From: Jimgerdemannia flammicorona
Taxonomy: Eukaryota
Length of the DNA stretch: 34,167 bases
Direction: 5' to 3'
NCBI GenBank assembly: GCA_003990765.1
Contig: RBNJ01000284.1
Location: 1 to 34,167, forward strand
The translations under genes and the position numbers were made by a program. Within the stretch, counting starts at the first letter, position 1. Each line of letters begins with the position of its first letter. The notes beneath the pieces were generated by a model. That model did not search any database, was not told where the DNA came from, and saw only the letters and a program-made list of their open reading frames with translations. This document shows, one piece after another, positions 8,441 through 20,500 of this stretch.

Positions 8441-11400
8441 AACCCTAACCCTGGATCAATGCTCAGCTAATAGTGCAGCTTGCTATACCCTTGATGCCCC
8501 CTGTTCCTATATATATCATCTAATATCCCTTTAGAAGATACCCCTACTGTCACTTCTACCACCACTCTCTGCAAGTCCTCAGCCACCCCTCTTACTCATC
8601 CTAATGTAAATATATAGTTCAAGACTCAGAAGCAAGTGAACAAGTAGGCTGCTAAAGTAACTATATCACAGTCTGAAGTGCTGCCTAAGGAGGTAACCTA
8701 TAAGGTTGTACCTTTGACTGCTAAAGCCATGCCTCTTAAAAAGAGCAAAGCCAAGGCCTCTGAGCAAGAGCCCCAAGTTGTACCTGTGGATCCTAGTACT
8801 GCTAGTCTATCTTCATCTCTCACTTTGACCCCATCTCTATCAAATTGTACAATACTACTACTAAGAAGATCTCTATCAAGGATAGAACCCAGGCATACTC
8901 CAAGCCAGAGAGAGCTGTAACTGTAGCTATCCTTTTGTATATAATGCACAAGCTGACCTCTTAATTGTTACTAACTAAGAAGAGTGCTCAGCTATAGTAT
9001 ATTTATATTGATAGCTTTGCTTATTTGAAGATTGAGCAGATCTGGAAGAACTTATATGATATCTATATGATATTGTCTAAAAATCTCAATATATTATTCA
9101 TCTTGGCATTGACTTTCAAATTTCTCTTGTGCTCTGATTATATCATGATCTTTCAAAAGAAGATAAAAGTACTTGGGTTCTTGGTGGTCTTAGTCAGAAA
9201 CTTTGTGCTCTCTCAGAACAAAAATACTACAGAGAATATAAAGGTATAGGTCCTCCAATCCTTCTATGCTTGGGTCTGGCAGTTGGCTGGTGATGTCACT
9301 ACAAAGAGACCTGAGATACAGATCTTTTACAAGATATGGGCCACCAAACTAGGCCTCTCTCTCCTCTCTGTTGCTCCCCCATCAGCTGGCCCTGCTTTAA
9401 AGATAGTCGTACTATTGCTATTAGATGAAATAGCAATAGATCTTGAGTTGAAATCCTCTACTTTAGGTGCCTTCCCAGCTGTTGGTGCTATTACACCTAA
9501 TCTACAATATGAGTCAGATTTCTCAATATATATAGACTAACTTAGGACAAGTTCAATATACTCAGTTGGTTGATTGGTCCTGCTCTCAACATTCTTTTAT
9601 TTGAGAAATATGATATATTCTGCTGTATCTCTCTCTCTATATATATATCATCTTCTTTAACATTATACAGGATGTGGGTCATCAAAATAGTGGTCTCATA
9701 GTCCTTATATCAAACTATTTCACTCTCTCATTTCTGGGTCCTCCACCAATCCCTTCCATATCTGGCTTATATTCTAGGGCTTGGCTTTGGCTGGAGTTTA
9801 TGCCACCCCCTCTCTTTCTATTAATGGTTTCCATGATCTTGTATCTGGTCCCTTTCTAGGTAAGATTCTTTTGATTGATGATATCAATATATACTTTAGT
9901 ATCTACTTTAGTAATGTCAACTCTAGTCCTTACAATAGATGGATGTTGTCAATATCTCCAAGATGATATAGTTATTGAATCATCTGACCCTAGTGACTGG
10001 ATCTATATATATTGAACACATATTTGCTACTACATCTCTCTATATATCTCTTACTTACACTATCTCTCCTATTACTACTAACAATTCCTCTCTCTTTACT
10101 ATCTTTTTTCTCTTCTCCCCCTCACTAGTTGCTGTCTTGGCTGGTATCTGCTGCTTCTCTATGAAATATCTGACTGACTTGGTCATCTAAGCCCATCTTC
10201 AAGAATCTTCAGTTATCATTTACAATAATATTATCAGATCCATCTACTCCATTTGGGACCATATCTCTGGCTTTCATTCTGTGGAAGATTGTTAACAGTT
10301 TGTTGATTCTCTCAACTCTCTTTTGATATCTAGTTTATAGTCTATCTGTGAGGACATTCTGGGCTCATATGATGCTCAAGAGATCATGACAGTGCTGCTC
10401 TTGTGGTGGGACCTCCTTCATAGTGCATCTTTGGTCTCCAATACCATTTGTGGTTTTAAGCAAGTATACTACTTTACCCCCTCTACTCTCCTCCAGTCTC
10501 GCTCTCCTGCTATTCTGATATTCAATAATGTGATTTCTTACCTTACTACTATATTTGACCAACTGAATGCTATCTTGCACCTCAACAACTCTGAGGACAT
10601 CTTCTCCCTTGGTATGGGGGCTCTTAGACTATAGCTTCAGTTTGAGCAATCTGTAGTTTAGAGGGCCATCTGCAGCTACTTTCTCAAAAAGGCCTGTGAT
10701 ACTGACTCCTTATATATCCAGATTCTTTAGATGATAGCAGGTGAGAAGGATGCCCCCTGTAGTCTGTCAAAAGCCTTGTTCTTCTTCTTCTAGTTGTATA
10801 TGGTTTGGGGGCTCACTCTCTACTGCTGGAATACCACCATTATTTCCCTAATTCTCAAGAAGGAGAAATCCTGGACAATTGATGATTTTCACTCTACTAC
10901 TCTTACTAAGATATTTCACTGACTCTTTGAGCAGTATTTAGAAGACTACATCAAGACCTGAAGTGGCCTGATGGAAATATCACATTATCAAGGTAGTTTC
11001 TGAATCCACTTCTCTCCCTTTTCTATTTCTTACTCTTAAATGAGATATAGGCCAAGGAGTAGAGCTGCCATGTCTGTCTTAATCTCTGGCAGGCATATGA
11101 CTGAGTCTCCCTTAAGCTCATTCTTTTCTGACTTGAGGAGCAAGATACCAATATAGCTCACCTTGGCTCTTTGATGGCTTTATCAATCCTCTTGCTACCT
11201 TTTTTGATAAGCAGTTTAAGGAGTATAACTTCCTCCTCAAGCTCTTCTTTGCTGATGATATTACTCTTACCCCTCACACTGCTGCTGAAAGTCAAAGGAT
11301 AGTTGACTTCTGTAAGAATTGGCTCATGGTGAATAGTAGAGAACTCATCTCTAAAAAGTGTAGTTATGTAGCCCAGCTAACTGTACTGTATTGATTAGGG

Positions 11401-12830
11401 GTGAGCCATACCCACAACCCCTCTCTTATATATATCTGGGCATGCTATATACTAATAAAGAATTTGATTTTGTTGATCTTATATTGCAGAATATAATAAA
11501 GAGAGAATATACTCTGAGGTTTTACTGTATCTGTGGTCACCTCTGGTTATCAAAGGTCAAGCTGGCCATTATACATACTTTCATTAGGCCTTAGCTAGAA
11601 TATGGCCTTTCTCTTCTATGAGTCTCCTGTCTAACTACTATCTTAGAGCTTCAGATGTTGATGCTCTATAAGCAGATCTTTGATGATGCTGTTACTTCAG
11701 CAGTATATTTTCCAGCTGACTCTTACTTGGCAGTTCAATTCTTAGCCTCTCTTCTTCCTTTATTACATGTTGGACCTCTGCTACATGTTCCAAGCATATT
11801 TGGATTTATATGGCAAATCTGGCTACAACTCCATTAGTCCTCTTAGTGAGTACTTTTTCATATATCTCTTAGATTCTATTATTGATAAATTCTGATATTG
11901 GACCTCCTGGCTTGACTTCCTTGACTGGTACTGAGACCTTCATCTCTAGATCTATAAGACTCACTCACTTCACTTGTCCTTTCTTTGGAATCAGTTGCTA
12001 CAGAAATAGGCTTTCTCCTCCCAGGATCTCATTTAGTATATTATACTCTATGGCCACTTATAGTCAAGGGTATCTAATCACATCCTCTCTTTTTCCCCCC
12101 AGCTTGTATATTTTGCCCTCACCTAGTATTATAACTACTTTGACCAACCCCACTCCTGTCTCTGTAGAGATCAATTTTATTGTGACTATCTTGTTGAGTG
12201 TAGTCTTCTCAATAGTTTATATTTAGTCTTCTGAGATAATACTAATTGGAAATAACTTGACTGGTTTACCAGTGATGAATAGCAAGAGGAACTTTATATC
12301 TTCTCTCTTCATACTCCTTATGAGTCTGCTTACTATACTATCAATACTATATATAATTCTAGTAGCTATCTTGCAGTGGAGTTCTGTCTTATCAAAATTA
12401 CAAAGATGCTTAAGTAATTGAGCAATTGCATATTTTCTTTATTATTTTCTTCCTTCTCCTCACTTGTCTTGATTGATTCTCTAGTTGTTGAGAGTTTATT
12501 AAATTATATATCTTATATTGGCTGCTTGGTATTTGTTTGTTGATATTATTCCTGTAGTTGGCACTAGGCTTATATATATTGTATTTAGCTTTTCTCTTTG
12601 CTTTTTATACTTATTATCCTTATGGTCACAACAAAATGGTTTATCTAATCCATCAATAGGATGGTCACCTATCTGAGCTTTCTTTTTGCTCTTCTTATCT
12701 GGTTGTTTACTTTATTGATCTCTTTTTGCTTTTCTCATCTTAGGAGTCTTTGCTGTTTATTGCTCTGATATACTCTTCTTTCTCTACAATGAATAAAATC
12801 ATTACTTGAAACCTACTTCTATCCCTACCT
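8440..12830 (+). mobile_element. Decayed non-LTR retrotransposon (LINE): possible ORF1 remnant, APE endonuclease, RT, C-terminal Cys/His knuckle
   Basis: APE remnants at 9670-10030 (GHQNSGLIVLI; GVYATP; ILLIDDIN for GDFN; IEHIF for IDHIF). RT remnants at 10690-11450 (WNTTIISLILKK; QGSF*; LNLWQAYD*V; LFFADDI; YIYLG). HTFIRP*LEYG at ~11575, and CLCRDQFYCDYLVEC at ~12155 as a decayed CxC-H-C knuckle. Confidence 0.88.
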
Positions 12831-14170
12831 AGACTGTCTTTATAGTCTGATTGATCAAGTTGATCTAATTGATCTGATTGATCTAGTTGATCTAATTATC
12901 TAATTGATCTGATTAATCCAGTTAAATCAGATCTCCTAGTTGTAAGTCTGTTGGTACTAATTGTAAATTCTGTACTATTCTGGCTTTTGGTTGAAAATCT
13001 TCTACTACTGGATAGTTAGTAAGTCTAGAAATAATTACTTTACTTTTTGTCTAAATACTGATAATATCTCATTCTACTATAATAGTAGAGATTGATTATA
13101 TATTAAATATATCTGGTGTGGTTGCTGGGTTTCTATAAACTAGAAAGTTATATAGATTTAAAGAAAATCTTTACAGTTAAGCCTCCAAATATAATATATA
13201 AGCTTAATAGTATAAAATTAAAAGGTTAAAAGATTTGTATATATAGTTTAGCTTAAACTCTTAGGTACTTTGTCTAAAGCAATAATATATTCTCTAATTT
13301 CTTAATAGTGTTTAGTAGTATAATAGATAATTTTGGATATAGTAATATTAGAATAGTTCTGGTGTATAGCAATAATTTTATGTATAGTATATGTTAGTTT
13401 TCTTATATATATAATTTCTACATAATAATCTTAAGAGTATAATGATCTCTAAAAGTATATAATTTTTATATAATGATCCCTATATAGTATGAGCAGTTTT
13501 CAAAAGTATATGATTTTTATATAATAATATCTATATAGTTTAACAATCTCTAAAAGTATATAATTTCTAGTATAATAATCTTGGTAACTTTCTAATTCAG
13601 TAGTAAGTTACAAAAAATAGTAATTACTTGAAAATGATAAATTCTATAGATTTTCAATATCAGTTGATCTCTTGAATAATAACTCAAATATGCAGATTTC
13701 TCTTGACTAATAAAGTTATATCAAAGACTAGCTTTATTAATATAAATATAAGTTTACTATAAGTTGCATCAAATAGGCTAGCTTTATTATAAGATATATA
13801 GACTCATTAAATAGTAGCTCTTTTCTAAGTAATGAGTTCTCTTTAAATAGTAACAGATTACTTAAAAATAGTAGCTTTTCTAACTAATAAAGTTATGTCA
13901 GAGACTGATTTATTTGTATGAGATTATATTAAGAGACTGCTTTTACTATATAGGTATATCTTATTCTAAATGGTCCTTGTAAGATATATATTAGATTGAT
14001 ATAGATTCTTTCTAAATTAGTAGATTTCTCAAATGATAGTAAAGTTCTTTACTTGAACTTAGTAAAAAATCTTAAATTTTGGACTAATTCTTTATATTAG
14101 AAAGTAGTCTAGATGAGAAAATGACCTATAACTTAGTAATAGCTCATTAGTAGGTTTCTAGTTTTTGTTA
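12830..14170 (-). mobile_element. Extremely decayed family-1 Gypsy fragment E (gag leader, PBS, most of the 5' LTR from ~13190)
   Basis: Aligns by eye to A 4210-5400 and B 31860-32820, with most TG/CA converted to TA (LTR terminus TGTAACA -> TATAATA at 13190). The 9-bp GATCTRRTT leader repeat is expanded at 12845-12925. Confidence 0.85.
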
Positions 14171-14179
14171 AGATGATAA

Positions 14180-14529
14180 CTTAATATATTAATATATAAT
14201 TATACTATTTTATCAGATTTATATTATTTATTATTAATATAACTTTGAGAACTTCAATAAATATCTCACTCTTTACAATAAAGGTAATAAGCTCTGCTAG
14301 TACTAAGCAGCTATAGTATTTAAATATACCTCTTTAAATATATTATGCTAGAAATATCAGACAACTAGTCTAGTAATATAAATATGAAAATAGATATACC
14401 AATTATGAGTATTCCTATAGGTATAACTATAATAACTATAGATATAGAAAATATATTCTTAGTTATAAGTATAAATACAGCAAAGAGATCTATTCTGATC
14501 TTTGATGGGAAAGATTATATAATCTGCAT
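14180..14529 (+). mobile_element. Decayed Ty1/Copia 5' fragment F (LTR end, PBS, gag N-terminus)
   Basis: AGGTAATAAGCTC at 14282 resembles the Copia GGTTATGAGCCC/GGTTATGGGCCC priming site. The frame from ~14383 ends ILIFDGKDYII, like the Copia gag N-terminal IPxFDGxNYxxW motif. Confidence 0.55.
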
Positions 14530-14636
14530 TGGCTGGTGATTTAAGATGAATTCCTCACTTTCAAGCTGAAAAATGAACAACCCCCACAACAACTACTCTG
14601 ACTACAAGAGCCACCCCTGCAAGAATTCAAGACAAG

Positions 14637-17600
14637 ATGGAAATGCACTCCCCAACATTCTATGGATATACTACTGAAGAGTCAATCCTGACCTTCATTG
14701 AAGACTTTGAACAATTTGCTGCCATATGAGCCCTTGGTGTGGATGCTCAATTGGCCCTTCTACTAGTCAGCCTCAGAGGACCTGTCAGAGATAAGTTCAA
14801 TGCAGCCACCATTGCTGATACCAGTGCAGCCAAACTTGCCAACATGAAGGCCTTCCTCAGAACAACATATTATACCAAAGAGATCAAGCAAGCTCTCAAG
14901 GATCAACTCAATACTATCTGCCAGGGACTTAGTGAAGATCCCAACTCATTCTATATCCGAATTTGCCACCAGATTGTCTTGGCTGACTATGATGACTGCC
15001 TCAAGGAACAAATAGTGGATTCAACCTTCCTCAAAGGAGTTCACTCTGAAATTGCTCTAGCAATCCAGTCTACCCCAGCTGTACTGATCCTTGATCAGAA
15101 AGTTGTCTTTGTACAGAGATATTGGACTGCCAGACACCCTGCCAAACACTCAATGGAGAAAATAACTGGCATCAAGATAGAGCCATCAAAGCCAACTAGT
15201 ATCATACCTACCACAGTTGTAAACAGACAACCAACCCCACCTACTCCAAAGACAGCCAAAGCTGACCCAGTGGAAGAACTTGCCAAGCAGTTTGCCAAGA
15301 TGACTGCACATCTTGGTGATGTTGTTAGAGAAGTCTGAAGTACCAACAGGAGACCAGTGCAGAGATTTGCAGCTGCTACAGAAGAACATAATATCACATG
15401 CTTCAGATGTAGAGAAGAAGGCCACAATGCAAAGAATTGCATGACCGAAACAAGATACAAAGCCCAACCAAGCAATGCTAGCAGAACCAGAGAACAAACC
15501 AATACAGTAGTCATCGAGGAGATTGGTGATACTGATGATGAAGAATACATGAGGAGCTTGAATTCTACCCTGCTATTGAAGGTACCTGAACCCAGTCCAA
15601 GCCCTATGACAAGAAGAGCAACAGCAAGCCATTTGGAAGACCAAAGAAGACCCCAGCTGTCACTATTCAAAGCAAGACTCAACCCAAGGAGATTGATCAA
15701 GACATGGAGTTAGATGAAGCTGCCCACCAAATCATTGAAGGCACTACTTCAGTCTCAGAAGAAAGCAAAAGCAAGAAGGAACAGAAGCTGTGCAAGACCA
15801 AGATCCACCAGTATGACATCTACAAGGACCTCAAGGAACAGAAGGTCAATGCCACCTTTGGACAGCTAGCTGAAGTCCCTGCCTTCAGACAGCAGCTGAG
15901 AGTAGGACTTGCAACTACTGCCAAGAATCAAGAGTACAAGATTGTAGAAGCTCACAATGCACAGAAAGAATCCGAGAACTCAGATGAAGAATCCGAAGAT
16001 CAGCACAAGACATCAGCCTATACCCCCTGCCAGATCGAAGACTGTATCTTTGATGCCATTATTGATACCAGTGCTGGAGGATGCCTCATGAGCAAGAAGG
16101 CAATTGACTGCCTAGGTTGGAAATTGAAGAGCCCACCAAGATGGTCTATGTTACAGCAGATGGTACATGAGCTACCCCTCTTGGCAAAATCCAAGAAGTC
16201 CCCATCAAGATAGAAGGAGCTACCATCCCAGTAGACATGATTGTTATAAGCACCACCAACTATGACATCCTCATTGGCAACCAATGGCTTCACAAGACAA
16301 AGGCCATCATTGACCTCAATGCCCAGAAGATGCAGATTAATTATAGAGGAAGAAAGGTATGAGTCTCTATCAATGTCCACAAAGGAATTCTACCAGACAT
16401 GGAGGAAGGAGATGAAGAGGACACAGAAGTCTTCATATACTTGGTGAACAAGAACAAGAGCAAGACACCTAAGCTCACAGATGAGCAGTGGTATAATAAG
16501 ATCATCGATGGCTATACCCCTCAAGGAAGATGCCCCCATGGTACTAAGATGTACTGCTCTGAATACCTGAATGACTGCTGGTTCTGTATCAGTGAAGTCA
16601 GAAAGATCCACCAACAGAAACATAAACAAGAAGCTACCGAAGTAAAAAGGAAAGCCAAAGAAGATGACCAGCTCCCAGAGCTTCAAGCTGACAGTAATGA
16701 TAAGGAGGAACAAGAATCAGACATCACCCTCAAGGTCAAGAAGTTTCACCCCAAAGCCAAGATCCCAGAATACAAGACTGAAGGAGCCATAGGAATGGAC
16801 CTTGCCAGCATTCAAGATGCTACCCTTGAACCACAGACCACCACCCTACTTGGCACTGGAATAGGAGTCAAGCTGCCAGAGAACCATGCTGGAATTATCA
16901 AGACCAGGAGCAGTCTGGTCAAAAGTGAAATCTCAGTTGAAGGAGGAGTAATTGACCCTGATTACACTGGTGAGATCTTCCTTATAGTTAGAAATCACAA
17001 CCACACTACCCCCTTCGAAGTCAAGAAGCATGACAAGATTGGTCAGATGCTGATCCACGAAATTAAGAAACCCAAGATCATTGAAGCCATCGAACTCATC
17101 AAGACCAAGAGAGGAGAACAAGGCTTTGGATCTACTGGAAGAGGAGTCTATGCCACAACCAAGATTACCGAACTTGAACATAAGAAAGATAAGGATCAGA
17201 ACAAGCACACATATACTATTGGAGAAAACTTTCCCCTGGAGGAATAACTTCTCAAGATCCTTCATCAGAATGAAGGAGTACTTGCTACAGACTTCAGGGA
17301 TATCCACAATCAAGAACCCAAGTACTATCATGAAGTTGACACTGATGATACCAAGCATATCTACCAAAAAGCCAGACCAATACCACCTGCCTACAGAGAG
17401 TGGCTGTGAGCAGAACTCAAGGAAATGGAAGAAGCCAGAATCATCAAGCAAGCTATCAGCCCCTGGGCCTCACCCATTGTCTTTGCCCCAAAGAAAGGAA
17501 GCAAGCCTGGAGAATTTGCACTAAGACTCTGCATTGACTACAAGAAACTCGATGCCATCACCAAGAAGGATAGGCAGCCCTTGCCAAATATTCAAGAAAT

Positions 17601-18658
17601 CCTTACCACTCTTGGAAGTAAAGCCAAATACTACACCACCTTGGATCTGTTCTCAGGCTTCCATCAGATTGGTCTCACTCAAGATGCCAGTGAGAAATCA
17701 GCCTTCATCACATCTGATGCCACCTATATCTACCTGTGAATGCCATTTGGAATGTGCAATGCCCCAGCAAGTTTTTAGTGAATGATGAATGGAGTCTTCA
17801 GAATGAGATTGGAAAATGGCTCTTTGTCTATGTTGATGATGTGATCATCTTCAGCAACACTGCATGGGAATATGTCAATCACATACAGCTAGCCCTCAAG
17901 AAGCTCAAGGAGCATGGCCTCTACATCAAGCCTAAGAAATGCAAATTTGCAGCTCAAGAAATCACCTATCTAGGACACCTCATCAATCAGACCAGAATCC
18001 ACACAGACCCCATAAAGATTGAGGCTGTTGCAGCCTACCCAAGACCCAGAACAACTACAGAAGTCCATGCCTTCCTTGGACTGGCCAGCTACTACAGAAG
18101 ATTCATCAAAGGATATTCCAACATTGCAGCACCTATATACGAGCTTCTGAAGAAGGAGACCAAATTCGAATAGACCAAGGAGTGACAAGAAACCTTCAAT
18201 GAACTCAAGACCAGGTTGACCCAAGCACCTATCCTCAGAAGACCAGACTGGAACCTAGAATTCATCCTGCAGACAGATGCAAGTGCTATAGGACTTGGAG
18301 CAGTCCTAGCTCAAAGAAAGATGGACATGAATATGTCATCTCCTATGCAAGCTGAGGTACCCATGGAGCAGAACAGAACTATGAGTTATGCAAGCTCAAA
18401 TACTTAGCAGTAGTTTGGGCAGTAGATAAGTTCTACTACTACCTAGCTGGGAAATACTTCACCATTCAAACAGACCATTCCACTCTTGCCTGGCTATTCC
18501 ACACTCTGAACTCCAAAGGAATATATACCAAATAGATCTACAGGCTGCAAGAGTATGACTGTACTATCAAGCACCACTTAGGAAAGACTAACACCAATGC
18601 TGATGTACTCTCAAGGACACCCCGAAATACCCCCATCAATACTATTCAATATGAATAA
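14637..18658 (+). pseudogene. gag-pol: gag-PR-dUTPase-RT-RNaseH of element C (multiple stops and 1-nt frameshifts)
   Basis: PTFYGYTTEESILTFIEDFE (gag); CFRCREEGHNAKNC; AIIDTSAGG (DTG->DTS by G->A at CpG); [75 protein letters not shown]. Confidence 0.93.
16729..17139 (+). other. dut: dUTPase domain in Pol, element C (no internal stop)
   Basis: AIGMDL, TRSSLV, GVIDPDYTGEI, KIGQML, RGEQGFGSTG within ORF 16399..17247. Confidence 0.95.
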
Positions 18659-19900
18659 GGAGCTATACTATGGATTAATCAGCTACCTTAGGTAGTGGAA
18701 GATACCCAATCACCTCAAACCCTGGACAATCACCATCATCAACCAGACTTGGAAACAGTTTGAAATAGACAACACTATACTCAGAAAAGGAGGAAAGCTA
18801 GTAATATCCGAATACAAGAAGTATCAAGTAATGAAGGAAGTATACAAGCAAGGACACTTAGGAGGAACCAATACATACGACAAGGTGAGAAGAACCATGT
18901 GGTGGCCCAAGATAGAAGAAGACCTGTGCCAATTTGTCAAAGAGTGTGACAAGTGCCAAAAACAGAAACAAGATCAATAAGACCAGGCACCCAGGTCATC
19001 AAGAATTGAGCCTATCCCCTTCCACCACATCGCAATGGATATCATTGGACCACTACACCAGTAATACTATCAGGAAACTACTATATTATAGTTATTGTAG
19101 ACCTCTTCACCAAATAGATAGAGGCAGGAGCATTACAAGATGCCAATGCCCTCTCTATAGCTGACGTTCTGTACTGAGAAATCATCTGCCATTACAAGAC
19201 ACTGAAGCAAATCACAACAGACCACAGCACAGAATTTGTGAATAGATTCTACGAGATAATGTATCAGAAATACAAGATCCAGCACATCAAGACCACCGTG
19301 TACCACCCTCAAGGAAATAGACAGACAGAGAGAACCAACAAGACTCTCAAGAACATCCTAGTGAAGATCTCAGAGACATATGAGAATTGGGATAACTATC
19401 TCCCAACTGCCCTCTCTGTCCTATGAGACATATGGTCACAGAGCACACACTTTACCCCAAGGGAGCTGCTCTTCAGAGAAGAAGATTCTGATGGAATCTC
19501 AGTCACAAATCTAGACCTAACTTAGAGACAGGTTGATACAGAAATCCGGAGACTATACCAAATCAGGAAGAAGGCTGAAGATTACATCACCAAGTCACAA
19601 GTGCTGATAAGAAAGAATGTGGAAAAGAATCACAAGGCCCTAGAACCCATCTGAATTGGAGAAAAGGTTCTACTATATTGAAATATGGTAGAAGTCTCAT
19701 GATCATGAAAACTGGAGCCCAAATGGGAAGGATCCTTCTACATGCAAGATATTAAGAGAACTACCTTCTGGCTTAGAAAAATCTCAGGGACCATACTGCC
19801 TACCACAGTACATAGGAACAGACTCAAGAAGTACCATGAATCTATACAAGAGAAGCAAAATGTGATGACTGCCTATGAGGTTCTAGTCCATGAATCATAA
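18651..19900 (+). pseudogene. int: Integrase of element C (HHCC, rve core, GPY/F-like tail; no chromodomain seen)
   Basis: MNKELYYGLISYL...GHLGGTNTYDKV..WWPKIEEDLCQFVKECDKCQK; HHIAMDIIGPL; TTDHSTEF; YHPQGNRQTERTNKTL; KLEPKWEGSF; VHRNRLKKY. Confidence 0.9.
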
Positions 19901-20173
19901 CAGCATATCCCATGAAAAGCAGGCTATCTATCTGGACCATTCTCTAAGAGATACAGTACTGGCAACTACTCATCCATGAGACTTTTGAAGTCAGAGGAGT
20001 TCAAACTGTCAACTGGTTGGTCAAGATCAGAATCAGGCCCTTGCTTTATATGAAGGGAGCGACTCTTCACCATCACACCAAAATACAAAGAGAAGATGCT
20101 AGCCCATAAACACCACTTTTTGACCCCTTGCCAGAGGTTATGGGATCAACAAATTTTTCAGGACTGGACCAAT

Positions 20174-20213
20174 GAATAAGGATGCTCAGGAAGATCCTTA
20201 TTCAGGAGGAAGA
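20174..20213 (+). promoter_or_regulatory. Hairpin and polypurine tract of element C
   Basis: AATAAGGAT...ATCCTTATT inverted repeat, then AGGAGGAAGA directly abutting TGTAACA at 20214. Confidence 0.75.
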
Positions 20214-20342
20214 TGTAACAGTGACTCCAGAATGATGACATCAGCACAGGAGACAGCCTTTCCTTGCAAGCCATCAGATCGGAGTACAAGAAGATCATAC
20301 AGCATACAAGATGAGTAATGATGACCAACTGTAAGTCATTGT

Positions 20343-20432
20343 AACCACAGTACAAGCATTCTGAAGAATATAAAAGAAGGATCAAGAAACCACAGTACAA
20401 GCATCCTGAAGAATATAAAAGAAGAATCAAGG
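20343..20432 (+). repeat. 45-bp direct duplication, each unit containing TATAAAAG
   Basis: AACCACAGTACAAGCATYCTGAAGAATATAAAAGAAGRATCAAG occurs twice, with TATA at 20369 and 20414. Confidence 0.9.
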
Positions 20433-20500
20433 AACTGCAGTAGCAGCAACCAACAAGAACCACCAATCTCAAAATAGCTCAAAGACTAACCACAAATGAA

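Noticed and set aside
8441..8452. True telomere or interstitial telomeric array
   Set aside because: Only two CCCTAA-like units are present, which could be chance. It is kept only as a note on the LINE junction.
15540..15560. Programmed gag/pol frameshift in element C
   Set aside because: There is no slippery heptamer, a single-base loss (TAC [G]AT GAG) explains it, and family 1 is single-frame at the equivalent point.
19800..19900. Chromodomain at the integrase C-terminus (chromovirus)
   Set aside because: The integrases of C and B end shortly after the VHxNRLKxY-type motif with no YLVKWxG-like signature.
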